This document shows, one piece after another, positions 22,895 to 31,791 of a stretch of 40,881 bases of DNA. The notes under the pieces were generated by a model. It had not been told where the DNA came from, made no database searches, and saw only the letters and a program-made list of their open reading frames with translations. The DNA is from a bacterium (lineage in GTDB: Bacteria; Oederibacteriota; Muellerivitia; Muellerivitales; Muellerivitaceae). Each line of letters opens with the position of its first letter. Position 1 is the stretch's first letter. The DNA lies in the NCBI GenBank assembly GCA_035541195.1, contig DATKNU010000126.1, forward strand, positions 1 through 40,881, in the 5' to 3' direction. Made by a program: the position numbers and the translations under genes.

Positions 22895-25039
22895 TTAAGA
22901 GGCTTGGGCTTTGGCGTGGATGATCTTGTCCAAGGCTTCCTGTAGTTCGGGGTTTTTCTCCGAGGCCAACTGCTCGAAAAATTCCCAGACCGCCGGTTGG
23001 TTGATTTCCCCCATGGCCTCCAAGGCCGCCAACCTCACGGGCAAGGGCTCGTTGGCGCCCCGGAAGAGGGATTTTTTCTTGGCCATCTCCTCCAAGAAGG
23101 GAAGGTACTCGGCCTGGCCGAATTTCCCCAAGGTCCGGCAAACCTCGATGGAAAAACGCTCGTGGTCCGGTCCCCGGCTTTGGCGCAGCTTCAAGGCCTT
23201 GATCAAGACCGGCGCGGCCTGGGTAAAACCGATCTTGCCCAGCACCTTGGCCGCTTCCACCGCGATTTCTTCCGAGTCATCGAACAGGGCCAGCCTTAAA
23301 GCCGGCCCGCCCTCCGGACTTCCGATTTGTTCGATCAGGCCGATGAGGTTGAGTTTCAGTTCCCGGTCGCCTTTGGAAAGCCAGGGCGTCAGTTGGAAGG
23401 CCAGGGCGGCGTCCATGCCGGCGTTGCGGATCACGGGCATCAGCGGCTTGAGGTCCTCCAGTCTTTCCACCTCGGCCACCCGCCGGGCCAAAACCGACCG
23501 CAAGGGATCGCCCATTTCGGCGAAGAGCCCCAGCCACATGCCTTTTTCCTCGGGATTGGCCTTTTGGTAGTCTTCCAAAAGAAGCGGCGCCGCCATTTCG
23601 CCCAACAAGGGGAAATGGTCCAACCGTCCCGCCTGGTGGGCGCAAAGGGTCATTTGGCGGATCAGTTCGGGATTGGAACGCTCGAAAAGCCAATGGCGGG
23701 CGATGGAGGCCCTTTCGGGGAAAGCCGCCGAGGGCTCGTCGTCGTCCGCGTGGAAATGCAGGGTCGAGAAAAGGCTCAAGGCCGAGCTCTCGTTGTGGGT
23801 TTGAAGGGCCGGTTCCACCAGGTCCCAGGCCGAAAGCAGGGCGCTCTGGTACAAGCCGGGGTTTTTCTCCGCGCCCAAAAGCTGGCAAAGCTGCTCCAAG
23901 ACTTTCCCCAGAAGCGAGGGATTGGCCACCCAGGGGCGGGCGTCCATCAAGTGGGTGAGGGCCACCCGGCGCTCGGACTCGGTGCGGTTGAGGCCCTCGG
24001 CCAAAGCCGTGACGGTTTTTTCCACTAGGTCGCCCTTGCCCTGGGCGCTCCAAAGCCCCAAGCAGTCGTTCACCAATCCTTCGGTGGCGGGATCAAAGAG
24101 CACCACGGTCCATTGGTGGCGCACGGCGATTTCCATCAAGGGCATCATGGCTAAAACGGCGTCGTTATCGACCACTTCCCCCTGGGAGGTACGGAACCAC
24201 TGGACGATCCCCTTCAAGTCCGGCGCGGCGGTTTCCAGCCGGTCCAGCAGGTGGTTGAAGAATTGGGAATAGGCTTTGTCCGTCGCGGGTTTGTCCTCGG
24301 TGGCCCCGGGGGTTTTCTTCAGCAGCCTGGAAAAATGCCAGGCCTCGGCCACCGAGGCTAACAGCGCGGCGCTCAGGGATTCGGAGGCGCCCGGGGCCGG
24401 GGTTTGCGTCGGGGCCGGGAGGGCGGCGGTCGCTTCCGCTTCCTCCATTTGGACCGCGGACAAGTTGGGCTGGAGCGACTCGGGGGAGAAGGTCTCCTCG
24501 ACTTCGATTTGGGCTTCCAGCGTCACGGGCTCGGGCAACGCGATGGGGGGAACTTCCACCTCGGCCAAGGGCGCGACTTCCGGAACGGGCGTGGGTTCGA
24601 CAGCTTCCACGGCCTCTAAAACGAAATCCGCCGCTTCCACTTGCCGCAGGTGTTCCCAAGGCACGCTGGGCGTTTGGTTTTCCTCGAAGGGGAAGGCCAT
24701 CTGGCGTAGCCAGGAAACCCATTCGTTGTAGGCCAAGCCGTTCTCGACCAAAAGCCCGGCCCAATTTTTTTCTTGGAAAATTTTCAAAAGATCGCCGGTG
24801 TCGCCCAGGGGCGAACCATTCACGAAAAGGGCGCCATCCTTCTGGTAAAGCACCAGCGGGTTGACGGTGTTGAGGAGCCGCTGGAGGTCTTTATGAAGCT
24901 TGCGGATGGCGCCGGCCACAAAGGGGCTGTCGCTGGAATAAAACGAAAGGTAGCTGAGCGCCGAGCGGAAATCCCGGGCGAGCTGAACTAAAAAGGATTG
25001 TTGAAGCGGGGGAATGGCGGAAACTTGAACTTGTTGCAT
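22895..25039 (-). CDS. Large HEAT/ARM-repeat protein with an acidic Pro/Glu/Val/Ala linker; function unknown
   Basis: I start it at ATG 25039 (SD AAGGAGAGG directly upstream) rather than 25204. The C-terminal HEAT-like repeats include GGPALRLALFDDSEEIAVEAAKVLGKIGF and VRLAALEAMGEINQPAV. The low-complexity segment is VEAVEAVEPTPVPEVAPLAEVEVPPIALPEPVTLEAQIEVEE. Confidence 0.65.
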   Translation of the reverse strand: MQQVQVSAIPPLQQSFLVQLARDFRSALSYLSFYSSDSPFVAGAIRKLHKDLQRLLNTVNPLVLYQKDGALFVNGSPLGDTGDLLKIFQEKNWAGLLVENGLAYNEWVSWLRQMAFPFEENQTPSVPWEHLRQVEAADFVLEAVEAVEPTPVPEVAPLAEVEVPPIALPEPVTLEAQIEVEETFSPESLQPNLSAVQMEEAEATAALPAPTQTPAPGASESLSAALLASVAEAWHFSRLLKKTPGATEDKPATDKAYSQFFNHLLDRLETAAPDLKGIVQWFRTSQGEVVDNDAVLAMMPLMEIAVRHQWTVVLFDPATEGLVNDCLGLWSAQGKGDLVEKTVTALAEGLNRTESERRVALTHLMDARPWVANPSLLGKVLEQLCQLLGAEKNPGLYQSALLSAWDLVEPALQTHNESSALSLFSTLHFHADDDEPSAAFPERASIARHWLFERSNPELIRQMTLCAHQAGRLDHFPLLGEMAAPLLLEDYQKANPEEKGMWLGLFAEMGDPLRSVLARRVAEVERLEDLKPLMPVIRNAGMDAALAFQLTPWLSKGDRELKLNLIGLIEQIGSPEGGPALRLALFDDSEEIAVEAAKVLGKIGFTQAAPVLIKALKLRQSRGPDHERFSIEVCRTLGKFGQAEYLPFLEEMAKKKSLFRGANEPLPVRLAALEAMGEINQPAVWEFFEQLASEKNPELQEALDKIIHAKAQAS

Positions 25040-25250
25040 GGCCTCTCCTTGGGGGATTTGGGAATGCAACCGTATTTCAAGCGGTTGGGACGGGACTTCT
25101 CTTGCCTTTAGGATAGGCCGGGCCCGAGCCGCTCTTGCACTTGAAAGCGTCAAAAAGTGGGAATGTCGTTTTCCCTGGCTTGGCAAAAAACGGACGGGGT
25201 TCAAGTGTTACTTCAAGGCGTTGGGCGGGGGTCCGCTTAAAGACCATTCC

Positions 25251-25278
25251 TTGCGCCTTCGCTGGGCGCTGGTACAAT
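25251..25278 (+). promoter_or_regulatory. Putative sigma70-like promoter TTGCGC-16 nt-TACAAT for the Gfo/Idh/MocA gene
   Basis: -35 at 25251-25256 and -10 at 25273-25278. A perfect palindrome TCCCGGG-ata-CCCGGGA (25286-25302) lies just downstream. Confidence 0.4.
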
Positions 25279-25317
25279 GAGCCGCTCCCGGGATACCCGG
25301 GAATGAAAAGGATCTTG

Positions 25318-26331
25318 ATGAACCGCAAAATCAATTGGGGCATTCTCTCCACCGGCCATATTGCCGAGCTTTTCGCCAAGGCGGTCTTGGAGTCCAAAAC
25401 CGGCATCCTGGGCGCGGTGGCCAGCCGCCAACCGGCCCAAGCCGAACGTTTCGCCCGAAAGCATAAGATCCCCATGGCTTATGGCAGCTACCGGGAACTG
25501 CTTCGGGACCCCTTCGTGGACGTGGTTTATATCGCCACCCCCCATAGTTTCCACGCCGAATGGGCGCAGGCGGCGGCCCGGGCGGGCAAGCATATCCTTT
25601 GCGAAAAACCCCTGACCCTGCATTACCCCGCGGCCCGGCGGGTCATCCAAGCCGCCAAACACCATAAGGTCTTTTTCATGGAAGCCTTCATGTACCGCTG
25701 CCATCCCCAGACGGCCAAACTGGTGGAATTGGTGAAAAAGAAGGCCGTGGGGGAACTCAAGCTTATCCAGGCTTCTTTTTGTTTTGAGCGGCCGCTGGAT
25801 TTGAAGGGCCGGCTCTTCAACCGGGCCCTGGGCGGCGGCGCCATTTGGGACGTGGGTTGCTACCCGGTTTCCATGGCCAGGCTCCTGGCCGGGGCGGCGA
25901 AGGGTTTGCCTTTCGTGGAACCTTTGGAAGTGAAGGGCGTGGGGTTGGTGGGCGCCCAGAGCCGGGTGGATGAGTTCGCCTTGGGCTCGCTCAAGTTTCC
26001 CGGCGGCATTCTGGCGGAACTTTCTTGCGCCAATCGGGTGCGCCGCCCCGTGGGAGTGACCCTTTACGGCACCAAGGGTTCCATCCAAGTCCCCTCGCCC
26101 TGGCACGCGGATCGCTTCGATCCCAAGGGCGCTAAGATCCGGGTTTTGAGGGATGGCCGAAAGCCTTTGGAAATCACCTTACGCTCGGGCCAGAGCCTTT
26201 ATTCCCTGGAAGTGGACGCCGTGGGCTCGGCTTTGCGCAAGGGCGCGATGGAATCGCCCTTCATGCCTTGGAACGACAGCCTGGGCAACGCCAAGGTGCT
26301 GGACGCCTGGATGCGCGCCGTGGGGCTTTGA
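25318..26331 (+). CDS. Gfo/Idh/MocA-family NAD(P)-dependent oxidoreductase
   Basis: I start it at ATG 25318 (SD AAGGA 5 nt upstream); 25303 is also possible. N-terminal Rossmann KINWGILSTGHIAELFAKAV and the family EKP motif HILCEKPLTLH. 337 aa. Confidence 0.85.
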   Translation: MNRKINWGILSTGHIAELFAKAVLESKTGILGAVASRQPAQAERFARKHKIPMAYGSYRELLRDPFVDVVYIATPHSFHAEWAQAAARAGKHILCEKPLTLHYPAARRVIQAAKHHKVFFMEAFMYRCHPQTAKLVELVKKKAVGELKLIQASFCFERPLDLKGRLFNRALGGGAIWDVGCYPVSMARLLAGAAKGLPFVEPLEVKGVGLVGAQSRVDEFALGSLKFPGGILAELSCANRVRRPVGVTLYGTKGSIQVPSPWHADRFDPKGAKIRVLRDGRKPLEITLRSGQSLYSLEVDAVGSALRKGAMESPFMPWNDSLGNAKVLDAWMRAVGL

Positions 26332-26348
26332 TTTAAAAACGGGAAATT

Positions 26349-27191
26349 TTAAGCTAGGACCGGCTCGTCGTAGGTGCGGATGCGGGCGATGACTTCCTCG
26401 ATCAAATAGTCGGGCGTCGAGGCCCCCGCGGTGATGCCCACCCTTTGCTTCCCCTCGAACCATTTGGACTCGAGTTCTTGGGCCGTCTCCACGTGATAGG
26501 TATCCTTCGGCAGGTTCATCTTGCAGGTATCGGCCAATTTATGGGTGTTGGACGAGTTACGCCCCCCGATGACCACCATGATGTCGACATTTTTGGAAAG
26601 CGCGGCCGCGGCGGTTTGGCGGTCCTTGGTGGGCTTGCAGATGGTGTTGGAGACGGTGACCTCGGCGCAGCGGGCCTTTAAAAGCGTCACGAACTTGTCG
26701 AACTTTTCCATCAAGAGCGTGCTTTGGCATACCACGCCGATCTTGGCGTCGGTGGGTACCTGCTCGATGTCCTCTTCGTGGTAGACGATGATGGCGTCCT
26801 TCATGCGGCTGGCGATTCCCTTGACTTCCACGTGCTTGGGGTCGCCGATGATGACGATGCGAAGCCCCTGGCCCTGCAGCTTCTCGCCCTCTTTATAGAT
26901 CTTGGTCACCAGGGGGCAGGTGGTGTCCACGATCTCCAGGCCCTTTTCCCTCATGGTGCCGATCACGTTGATGTCTAGGCCGTGGGCGGTGATGACCACC
27001 CGGTTGTCCTGCACCTCGTCGAGCGAATGGACGATCTTCTTGTTGAGGGAAGCCAGCCGGGCCACTTCCTGCGGGTTGTGGATGAGGGAGCCGAAAATGA
27101 AGGCCTTGTCCATGGTTTCGGCCTTCTCAATGGCGCGCTTGACGCCGAAACAAAAGCCGGCGGCGTCGGCGATTAAAATTTCACGGGGCAT
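26349..27191 (-). CDS. ispH: 4-hydroxy-3-methylbut-2-enyl diphosphate reductase (MEP pathway, LytB)
   Basis: 280 aa with SD AAGGAAG. The three cluster cysteines sit in ILIADAAGFCFGVKRAIEKAE, VDTTCPLVTKIYKEG and VSNTICKPTKDRQ. VVIGGRNSSNTHKLA is also present. Confidence 0.93.
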   Translation of the reverse strand: MPREILIADAAGFCFGVKRAIEKAETMDKAFIFGSLIHNPQEVARLASLNKKIVHSLDEVQDNRVVITAHGLDINVIGTMREKGLEIVDTTCPLVTKIYKEGEKLQGQGLRIVIIGDPKHVEVKGIASRMKDAIIVYHEEDIEQVPTDAKIGVVCQSTLLMEKFDKFVTLLKARCAEVTVSNTICKPTKDRQTAAAALSKNVDIMVVIGGRNSSNTHKLADTCKMNLPKDTYHVETAQELESKWFEGKQRVGITAGASTPDYLIEEVIARIRTYDEPVLA

Positions 27192-27332
27192 GTCCAGCTT
27201 CCTTTTCCAGCGATCCTAAATCCCGAAAGGCTTTGGGAGGGGGATTATATATAATGAACCCGCTCCAGTAAAAGGCGCTCCCAGGGTCTTTTTCATTTTC
27301 AGGCTTTTAGTGCGATATTCCAAGGATTCCCC

Positions 27333-30300
27333 ATGAGTTTTTCCCTTTATCTCGGCCCCTACCAGCCTTTCCTGGAACAAGCCTTGGCCGCGGCGGTGGA
27401 AAAATTCCGCTTGGGGAAACCCCACGATCCCCTGGTGGTGCTGGTGCCCAACCGCGCCTTGGTGCGCCACCTGGGCGAAACCCTCGCCCGCCTCAATGGG
27501 TCGCTCTTCAACCTGCGGGTCCTGACCTTGCACCAATACCTCGCCGAATTCACCGAGGAAAAATGGCTCAAGGAAAACTCCCGGCTTTTGCCCGAGTCCC
27601 TCGTGCCCTGGGCGCTCAAGGAAAATGCCCGCTCCGGGGCCGTCCCTAAAGCCAATCCTTTCCGGGCCGTTGAGCCAACCCCCGGTTTTTACAAAACCCT
27701 CCGGGCCACCCTCTCGGAACTGCGCCAAGGGGGTTTTACGCCGGGGACCTTGGCGGACTCGGCCAAGGCCATCGCCAAAGACAAGTCCCGGCGCCGGCTC
27801 TCGGAAAAACTGGGGTCCTTCGCCGGGGTGCTGGAGCGAAACGAGGCCTGGAAAAAGGAAAAAGGCTGGAAGGACCTGGAAGACCTTTATACCGACGCCC
27901 TTGCCCTGCCTTCCCCCGCGGGCTCGATTTGGACCTACGGTTTTTACGACGCTTCCGTCCTGCAGCAAAAAGTGCTTCGGCATCTTTGCGCCGCCCCGGC
28001 TTCCCATTGGTTCATCCCTTATGAAGACCATCCGGCTTTTGAGTATGCCAAACCCTTTGTGGCCTGGGCCAAGGCCCTGGGAAAAGTGGAACAAGAAGCA
28101 AGCTACGCCGGCGCCGGGAGCGGGCCCTTGGGAAGGCTCCAGCAACATTTGTTCCTCGAGGAAAATCCCGCGCCGCCCGAGGGGGCCCCGCCCGCCTTCG
28201 CGGATTCGGACGTGAAGATCCTGCTTTGCCCGGGCGAGCCCCGGGAAACCCGGGAAGCCGCGCGGGCCCTGACCGAGGAAGCGAAAAGGCGCGAAACGAC
28301 TTTTCCCCGATGCGCCCTGCTCTTTCGCCAATTGGAAAGCTACCGGCGCATGATCGTCCCCGCTTTCGAGGGGCAAGGCCTTCCCTTGGCCAAAAAACCC
28401 GCGGTCTTCCTCATGGAAACCCCCGAGGCCAAATCGCTCCTGCTCTTGCTCGATTGCTTCCAAAGGGATTTTCCCCGGGAAACCCTGATGGATTTCCTGG
28501 CCGGCCCCAACCTTTCCCCCGAAGGGTTCGGCTTGGGCGAGGAGGATTGGAACCCGCATCTTTGGGACCAGGTTTCCAAGGAAGCCGCGGTGGTGGAAGG
28601 CAAAGAAAGCTGGTTGGACCGGCTGCAAGCCTACCAAAAGCTCAAAGCCGAGGCCGCGCGGGACGAGGAAGAGGGGGACCCGGACGAGCGGTCGCTTTCG
28701 CTTTTGCGCACCCAGGTCCTCAAGGAACTTTTCGACCAGGCCAAGCGCTTTGAGAAGGCCAAGGCTTGGTCCCAGAAGGCCCAGACCCTTTTTGACCTGG
28801 CCGAAAAAGTTTTCCTGCCTTCCAAAGCCAAGACCGAACTGACCACCCTTCGGCGGGGCGTGGAAATCCTCGCGAAGGACCTTTCCCAAGTCGCGGGCGA
28901 GGACCTGGGGGCCCTTTTGTCCGACCTGATGGAAGAAGTCAAGATCCCCTGGGACGCCCCCGAGGCGGGCGGGGTGGAGGTGACGGACCTCATGCAGGCG
29001 CGGGGCGTGCCCTTTGACGTGGTGGTCTTGCCCGGGCTGGTCGAGCAGGGCTTTCCCCGCCTGCCCCGGCCCGATCCCTTGCTCTTGGATGAGGAACGGC
29101 GGATCCTCAATGGCCGTTACCCCGGCGAGGCCAAAATTCCCGAAAAGGCCGAGGGGCGCCTGGAAGAAAAGCTCTTGTTCCTCTTGGCGGCGCGAAGCGC
29201 CAAACAATGCCTCATCCTGACCGCGTCCCACCTGCATCCGGGCACCGGCGCGCCCCGCATCCCCTCCAGTTACCTGCATGAGACGATCCGGGCCGTCACG
29301 GGCAAGCGCCTCACCCGATGGGACGAGGTCCCCTTCGTTAAAAAAGTCGCGGTGTCGGATTGGGTCAGGACCGATGGGGAAGAAAAGGTGGACGACTTGG
29401 AAGAAATCCTCAGCCGCTTTGAGGAGGCCCGCCGGGGAAATCCCCTGCCCGCCCAGGCCTACGCGGGCGAAAAACCCTTCTTTGAGGAAGCCAGGAAGCT
29501 CCTCAAGGAACGCCAGGGAAGCCGAAAGTTCACTGCCTATGACGGCGTTTTTGAGGGCGCCGAGCCGGTTCAAAAACTGCGGCAGGATTATTCGCTCAAG
29601 GACAAAACGCTTTCGGCCTCCCGTTTGGAAACTTACGCGGCCTGCCCCCTGCGCTATTTCTACCGCTATGTGCTGGGGCTGAAGGTGCATCCGGAGCCCG
29701 AGAGGGTCTTCCAGCTCGACCCGGCCGAAAAGGGCAATTTGATGCACAACGTCCTCGAAGAAACCCTGGGCCGGGGCGTTGAAGAAGGCTGGCTCAAGAC
29801 CCGCGACGGGGAAAAGGCCTTGATGGCCCTTGAGGAAGAAACCCAAAAGGCCTTCACGAGGCTTGAGAAGGAAGGCGTCCCCGGGTCCCCCGCGCTCTGG
29901 CAATGGAGCCGCTTCATCGTGCGCAAGGATCTGGAGCGGGAACTGAAGAAGGTCTTGAAAGAGAAGGAATGGACCCCGGTGGATTTTGAGAAGGCTTTCG
30001 GCCGGGAAGGCCAACCCGAGGTGTCCTTCACCACCCGCGTGGGCACCTTCCGTTTGGAGGGCTTCATGGACCGGGTGGACCTTCATAGCGACGGCAGGCG
30101 CCTTCGAGTGGTGGACTATAAGTCGGGAACCAAGGAGGGCTTCAAGAACGACAGCGTGAAGGAAGGCACGAAGATCCAAATGCCCCTTTACCTCTGGGCC
30201 TGCCGCACGCTTTATCCCGGCAAAGCCCCCGAAGAGGCGGTTTATGAGTTCCTGACCGCCAAGGGCGGCTATGGGGAGACGACCTTCGACGCCAAAGACC

Positions 30301-30503
30301 CGGCCAGAGTCGAGGAACCCTTGAAAGCGCTTTTGACGACCGCAGCCGAGGCGGTGGAGCAGGGTTTGTTCCCAGCGGCCGCCAAGGCCTGTGAGCGCTG
30401 TGATTACCGCACGCTTTGCGGTCCCGGAGCCGAGAAGCGGGGAGAACGGAAAAGGGAAGATTCAAAGGTCGAGGAGTATTTCAAGCTGGAGAAGCTTTTA
30501 TGA
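27333..30503 (+). CDS. addB: AddB-like helicase-nuclease subunit: degenerate N-terminal motor without P-loop, C-terminal Fe-S PD-(D/E)XK nuclease
   Basis: 1056 aa with SD AAGGA. C-terminal nuclease: RLETYAACPLRYFYRYVLGL, GFMDRVDLHSDGRRLRVVDYKSG, KIQMPLYLWA, CERCDYRTLC. It lies upstream of a UvrD-nuclease (AddA-like) gene. I find no GxxxxGK[ST] in the protein. Confidence 0.75.
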   Translation: MSFSLYLGPYQPFLEQALAAAVEKFRLGKPHDPLVVLVPNRALVRHLGETLARLNGSLFNLRVLTLHQYLAEFTEEKWLKENSRLLPESLVPWALKENARSGAVPKANPFRAVEPTPGFYKTLRATLSELRQGGFTPGTLADSAKAIAKDKSRRRLSEKLGSFAGVLERNEAWKKEKGWKDLEDLYTDALALPSPAGSIWTYGFYDASVLQQKVLRHLCAAPASHWFIPYEDHPAFEYAKPFVAWAKALGKVEQEASYAGAGSGPLGRLQQHLFLEENPAPPEGAPPAFADSDVKILLCPGEPRETREAARALTEEAKRRETTFPRCALLFRQLESYRRMIVPAFEGQGLPLAKKPAVFLMETPEAKSLLLLLDCFQRDFPRETLMDFLAGPNLSPEGFGLGEEDWNPHLWDQVSKEAAVVEGKESWLDRLQAYQKLKAEAARDEEEGDPDERSLSLLRTQVLKELFDQAKRFEKAKAWSQKAQTLFDLAEKVFLPSKAKTELTTLRRGVEILAKDLSQVAGEDLGALLSDLMEEVKIPWDAPEAGGVEVTDLMQARGVPFDVVVLPGLVEQGFPRLPRPDPLLLDEERRILNGRYPGEAKIPEKAEGRLEEKLLFLLAARSAKQCLILTASHLHPGTGAPRIPSSYLHETIRAVTGKRLTRWDEVPFVKKVAVSDWVRTDGEEKVDDLEEILSRFEEARRGNPLPAQAYAGEKPFFEEARKLLKERQGSRKFTAYDGVFEGAEPVQKLRQDYSLKDKTLSASRLETYAACPLRYFYRYVLGLKVHPEPERVFQLDPAEKGNLMHNVLEETLGRGVEEGWLKTRDGEKALMALEEETQKAFTRLEKEGVPGSPALWQWSRFIVRKDLERELKKVLKEKEWTPVDFEKAFGREGQPEVSFTTRVGTFRLEGFMDRVDLHSDGRRLRVVDYKSGTKEGFKNDSVKEGTKIQMPLYLWACRTLYPGKAPEEAVYEFLTAKGGYGETTFDAKDPARVEEPLKALLTTAAEAVEQGLFPAAAKACERCDYRTLCGPGAEKRGERKREDSKVEEYFKLEKLL

Positions 30504-30539
30504 ATAAAAAATTTAATATATTCGCGACGGAGAAATGAC

Positions 30540-31739
30540 ATGATTTTTTTAAAGAAAGGGCTTCTGATTTCTGGCGGGATTATTTCCATGGTTTTTACTT
30601 TTTTCCCATCGGTGGTATTTGCCCAAGATATTTCTAATACCCCTGCGCCGACCGTGATTAATTTCCAAAATCAAGAAACGCAAAAAAGCTATTTCGTAAA
30701 GGATAAAACCTTAATCCCTTCTTTTTACATTTGGCGCAGGATTTACAAAAAGAAAGGAAAAAGTGATTTTGAATTTTACCGAGTCGATTCTAATGGAAAC
30801 ATAAACACGGAAAAGAAACCATCTGTGAGTTATGAGGATTGGAGATTGTCATGGAAAGCTGAAACGGGAGCCAATCCGGATTCTCCTGATAAAAAATGGA
30901 AAGTTCAAATACCCGGTGACGAGGATTGGGGCAAGGATATTCTTCACCTCGAAGGACTAACACAAAGTCAAAATTTGAATATTAAAATACCGGGCATCGA
31001 TCCGGATCGTGGTGCTTGGGGGTGGATGCCAATTGGTTGGAATCCAAAAATGGATTATTTTTATTTTCAAGTTGTGGAAGGAGATAGTACTGGTCGGGAT
31101 TGTGTATTTTATCAATTAAATCCAGCTTCGAAAACGATGACCGTGATTGGAGTAGGAACATATATGACTATCAGCCCGAATGGAAAATGGTGTTTATGGA
31201 TCGATGGCTCCGGAGGCGAGTATTGTGCGATCCGACAAATTCATCTTTATGACATTATTTCCAACAAAGATTACACGATCACTGATAAACGATCGATGAA
31301 TTGGTTTTATGGATGGGCCGAGCCCGGAAGTGTGAATGATTCGCAAGATGCAATTTCTTTGATTGAAAGCGCGAAAAGCGATTATCGAAATCACGATTAT
31401 GAAAAAGCCATTGGGGAATATCAAAAAGCCATCCAGGCTGATCCGCAAAATTCGGAAGCCTATGGATTAATGGGCTATTCCTATTACCGCGACAAAAAAA
31501 TAATCCAAGCTATCGACGCTTTACAAACTTCTTTGAAGATAAACCCGAATGAATTAATGAGTTATTATAATTTAGCCATAGTTTATTGGGCCAATGGAGA
31601 AAAAAGTAATTCTATTGAGCAACTAAAAATTCTGTTCGAACACAATCCGAAGTATGAAAAGCTAATAAAACAAGACAACCAATTCAACACAATCCTTAAG
31701 TCTCCTGAATATCAAACTATGATGGCTGGGTTGAATTAA
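30540..31739 (+). CDS. Secreted protein with C-terminal TPR repeats, in a strongly AT-rich segment
   Basis: 399 aa with GGAG 7 nt upstream. Signal peptide MIFLKKGLLISGGIISMVFTFFPSVVFAQ. The middle region has a beta-propeller-like ISPNGKWCLWIDGSG. The C-terminal TPR-like repeats include YEKAIGEYQKAIQADPQNSEAYGLMGYSYY and AIDALQTSLKINPNELMSYYNLAIVYW. Sampled lines are about 30-38% GC versus about 60% in the flanks. Confidence 0.75.
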   Translation: MIFLKKGLLISGGIISMVFTFFPSVVFAQDISNTPAPTVINFQNQETQKSYFVKDKTLIPSFYIWRRIYKKKGKSDFEFYRVDSNGNINTEKKPSVSYEDWRLSWKAETGANPDSPDKKWKVQIPGDEDWGKDILHLEGLTQSQNLNIKIPGIDPDRGAWGWMPIGWNPKMDYFYFQVVEGDSTGRDCVFYQLNPASKTMTVIGVGTYMTISPNGKWCLWIDGSGGEYCAIRQIHLYDIISNKDYTITDKRSMNWFYGWAEPGSVNDSQDAISLIESAKSDYRNHDYEKAIGEYQKAIQADPQNSEAYGLMGYSYYRDKKIIQAIDALQTSLKINPNELMSYYNLAIVYWANGEKSNSIEQLKILFEHNPKYEKLIKQDNQFNTILKSPEYQTMMAGLN

Positions 31740-31791
31740 TGACAATGATGGAAACATCAATGGTGCCTCTAAAATTTTATTCGAGATTTTT

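Noticed and set aside
25040-25302. Long N-terminal extensions in the ORF track: the HEAT gene to 25204 and the Gfo/Idh/MocA gene from 25135, which would overlap each other; and hpnE to 39704, which would overlap hpnD by 258 nt
   Set aside because: Internal starts with good SD or coupling signals (25039, 25318 and 39449) place the conserved N-terminal motifs correctly and remove the implausible overlaps. The extensions are Arg/Pro/Gly-rich.
27216-30179. 987-aa ORF on the minus strand, antisense to almost all of the AddB-like gene
   Set aside because: Its composition is dominated by Gly/Pro/Arg/Leu/His/Phe runs with no recognisable motif, and it has no SD or promoter context. The sense-strand ORF has clear AddB nuclease motifs. 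Long stop-free antisense frames are an expected by-product of GC-rich third-position codon bias.
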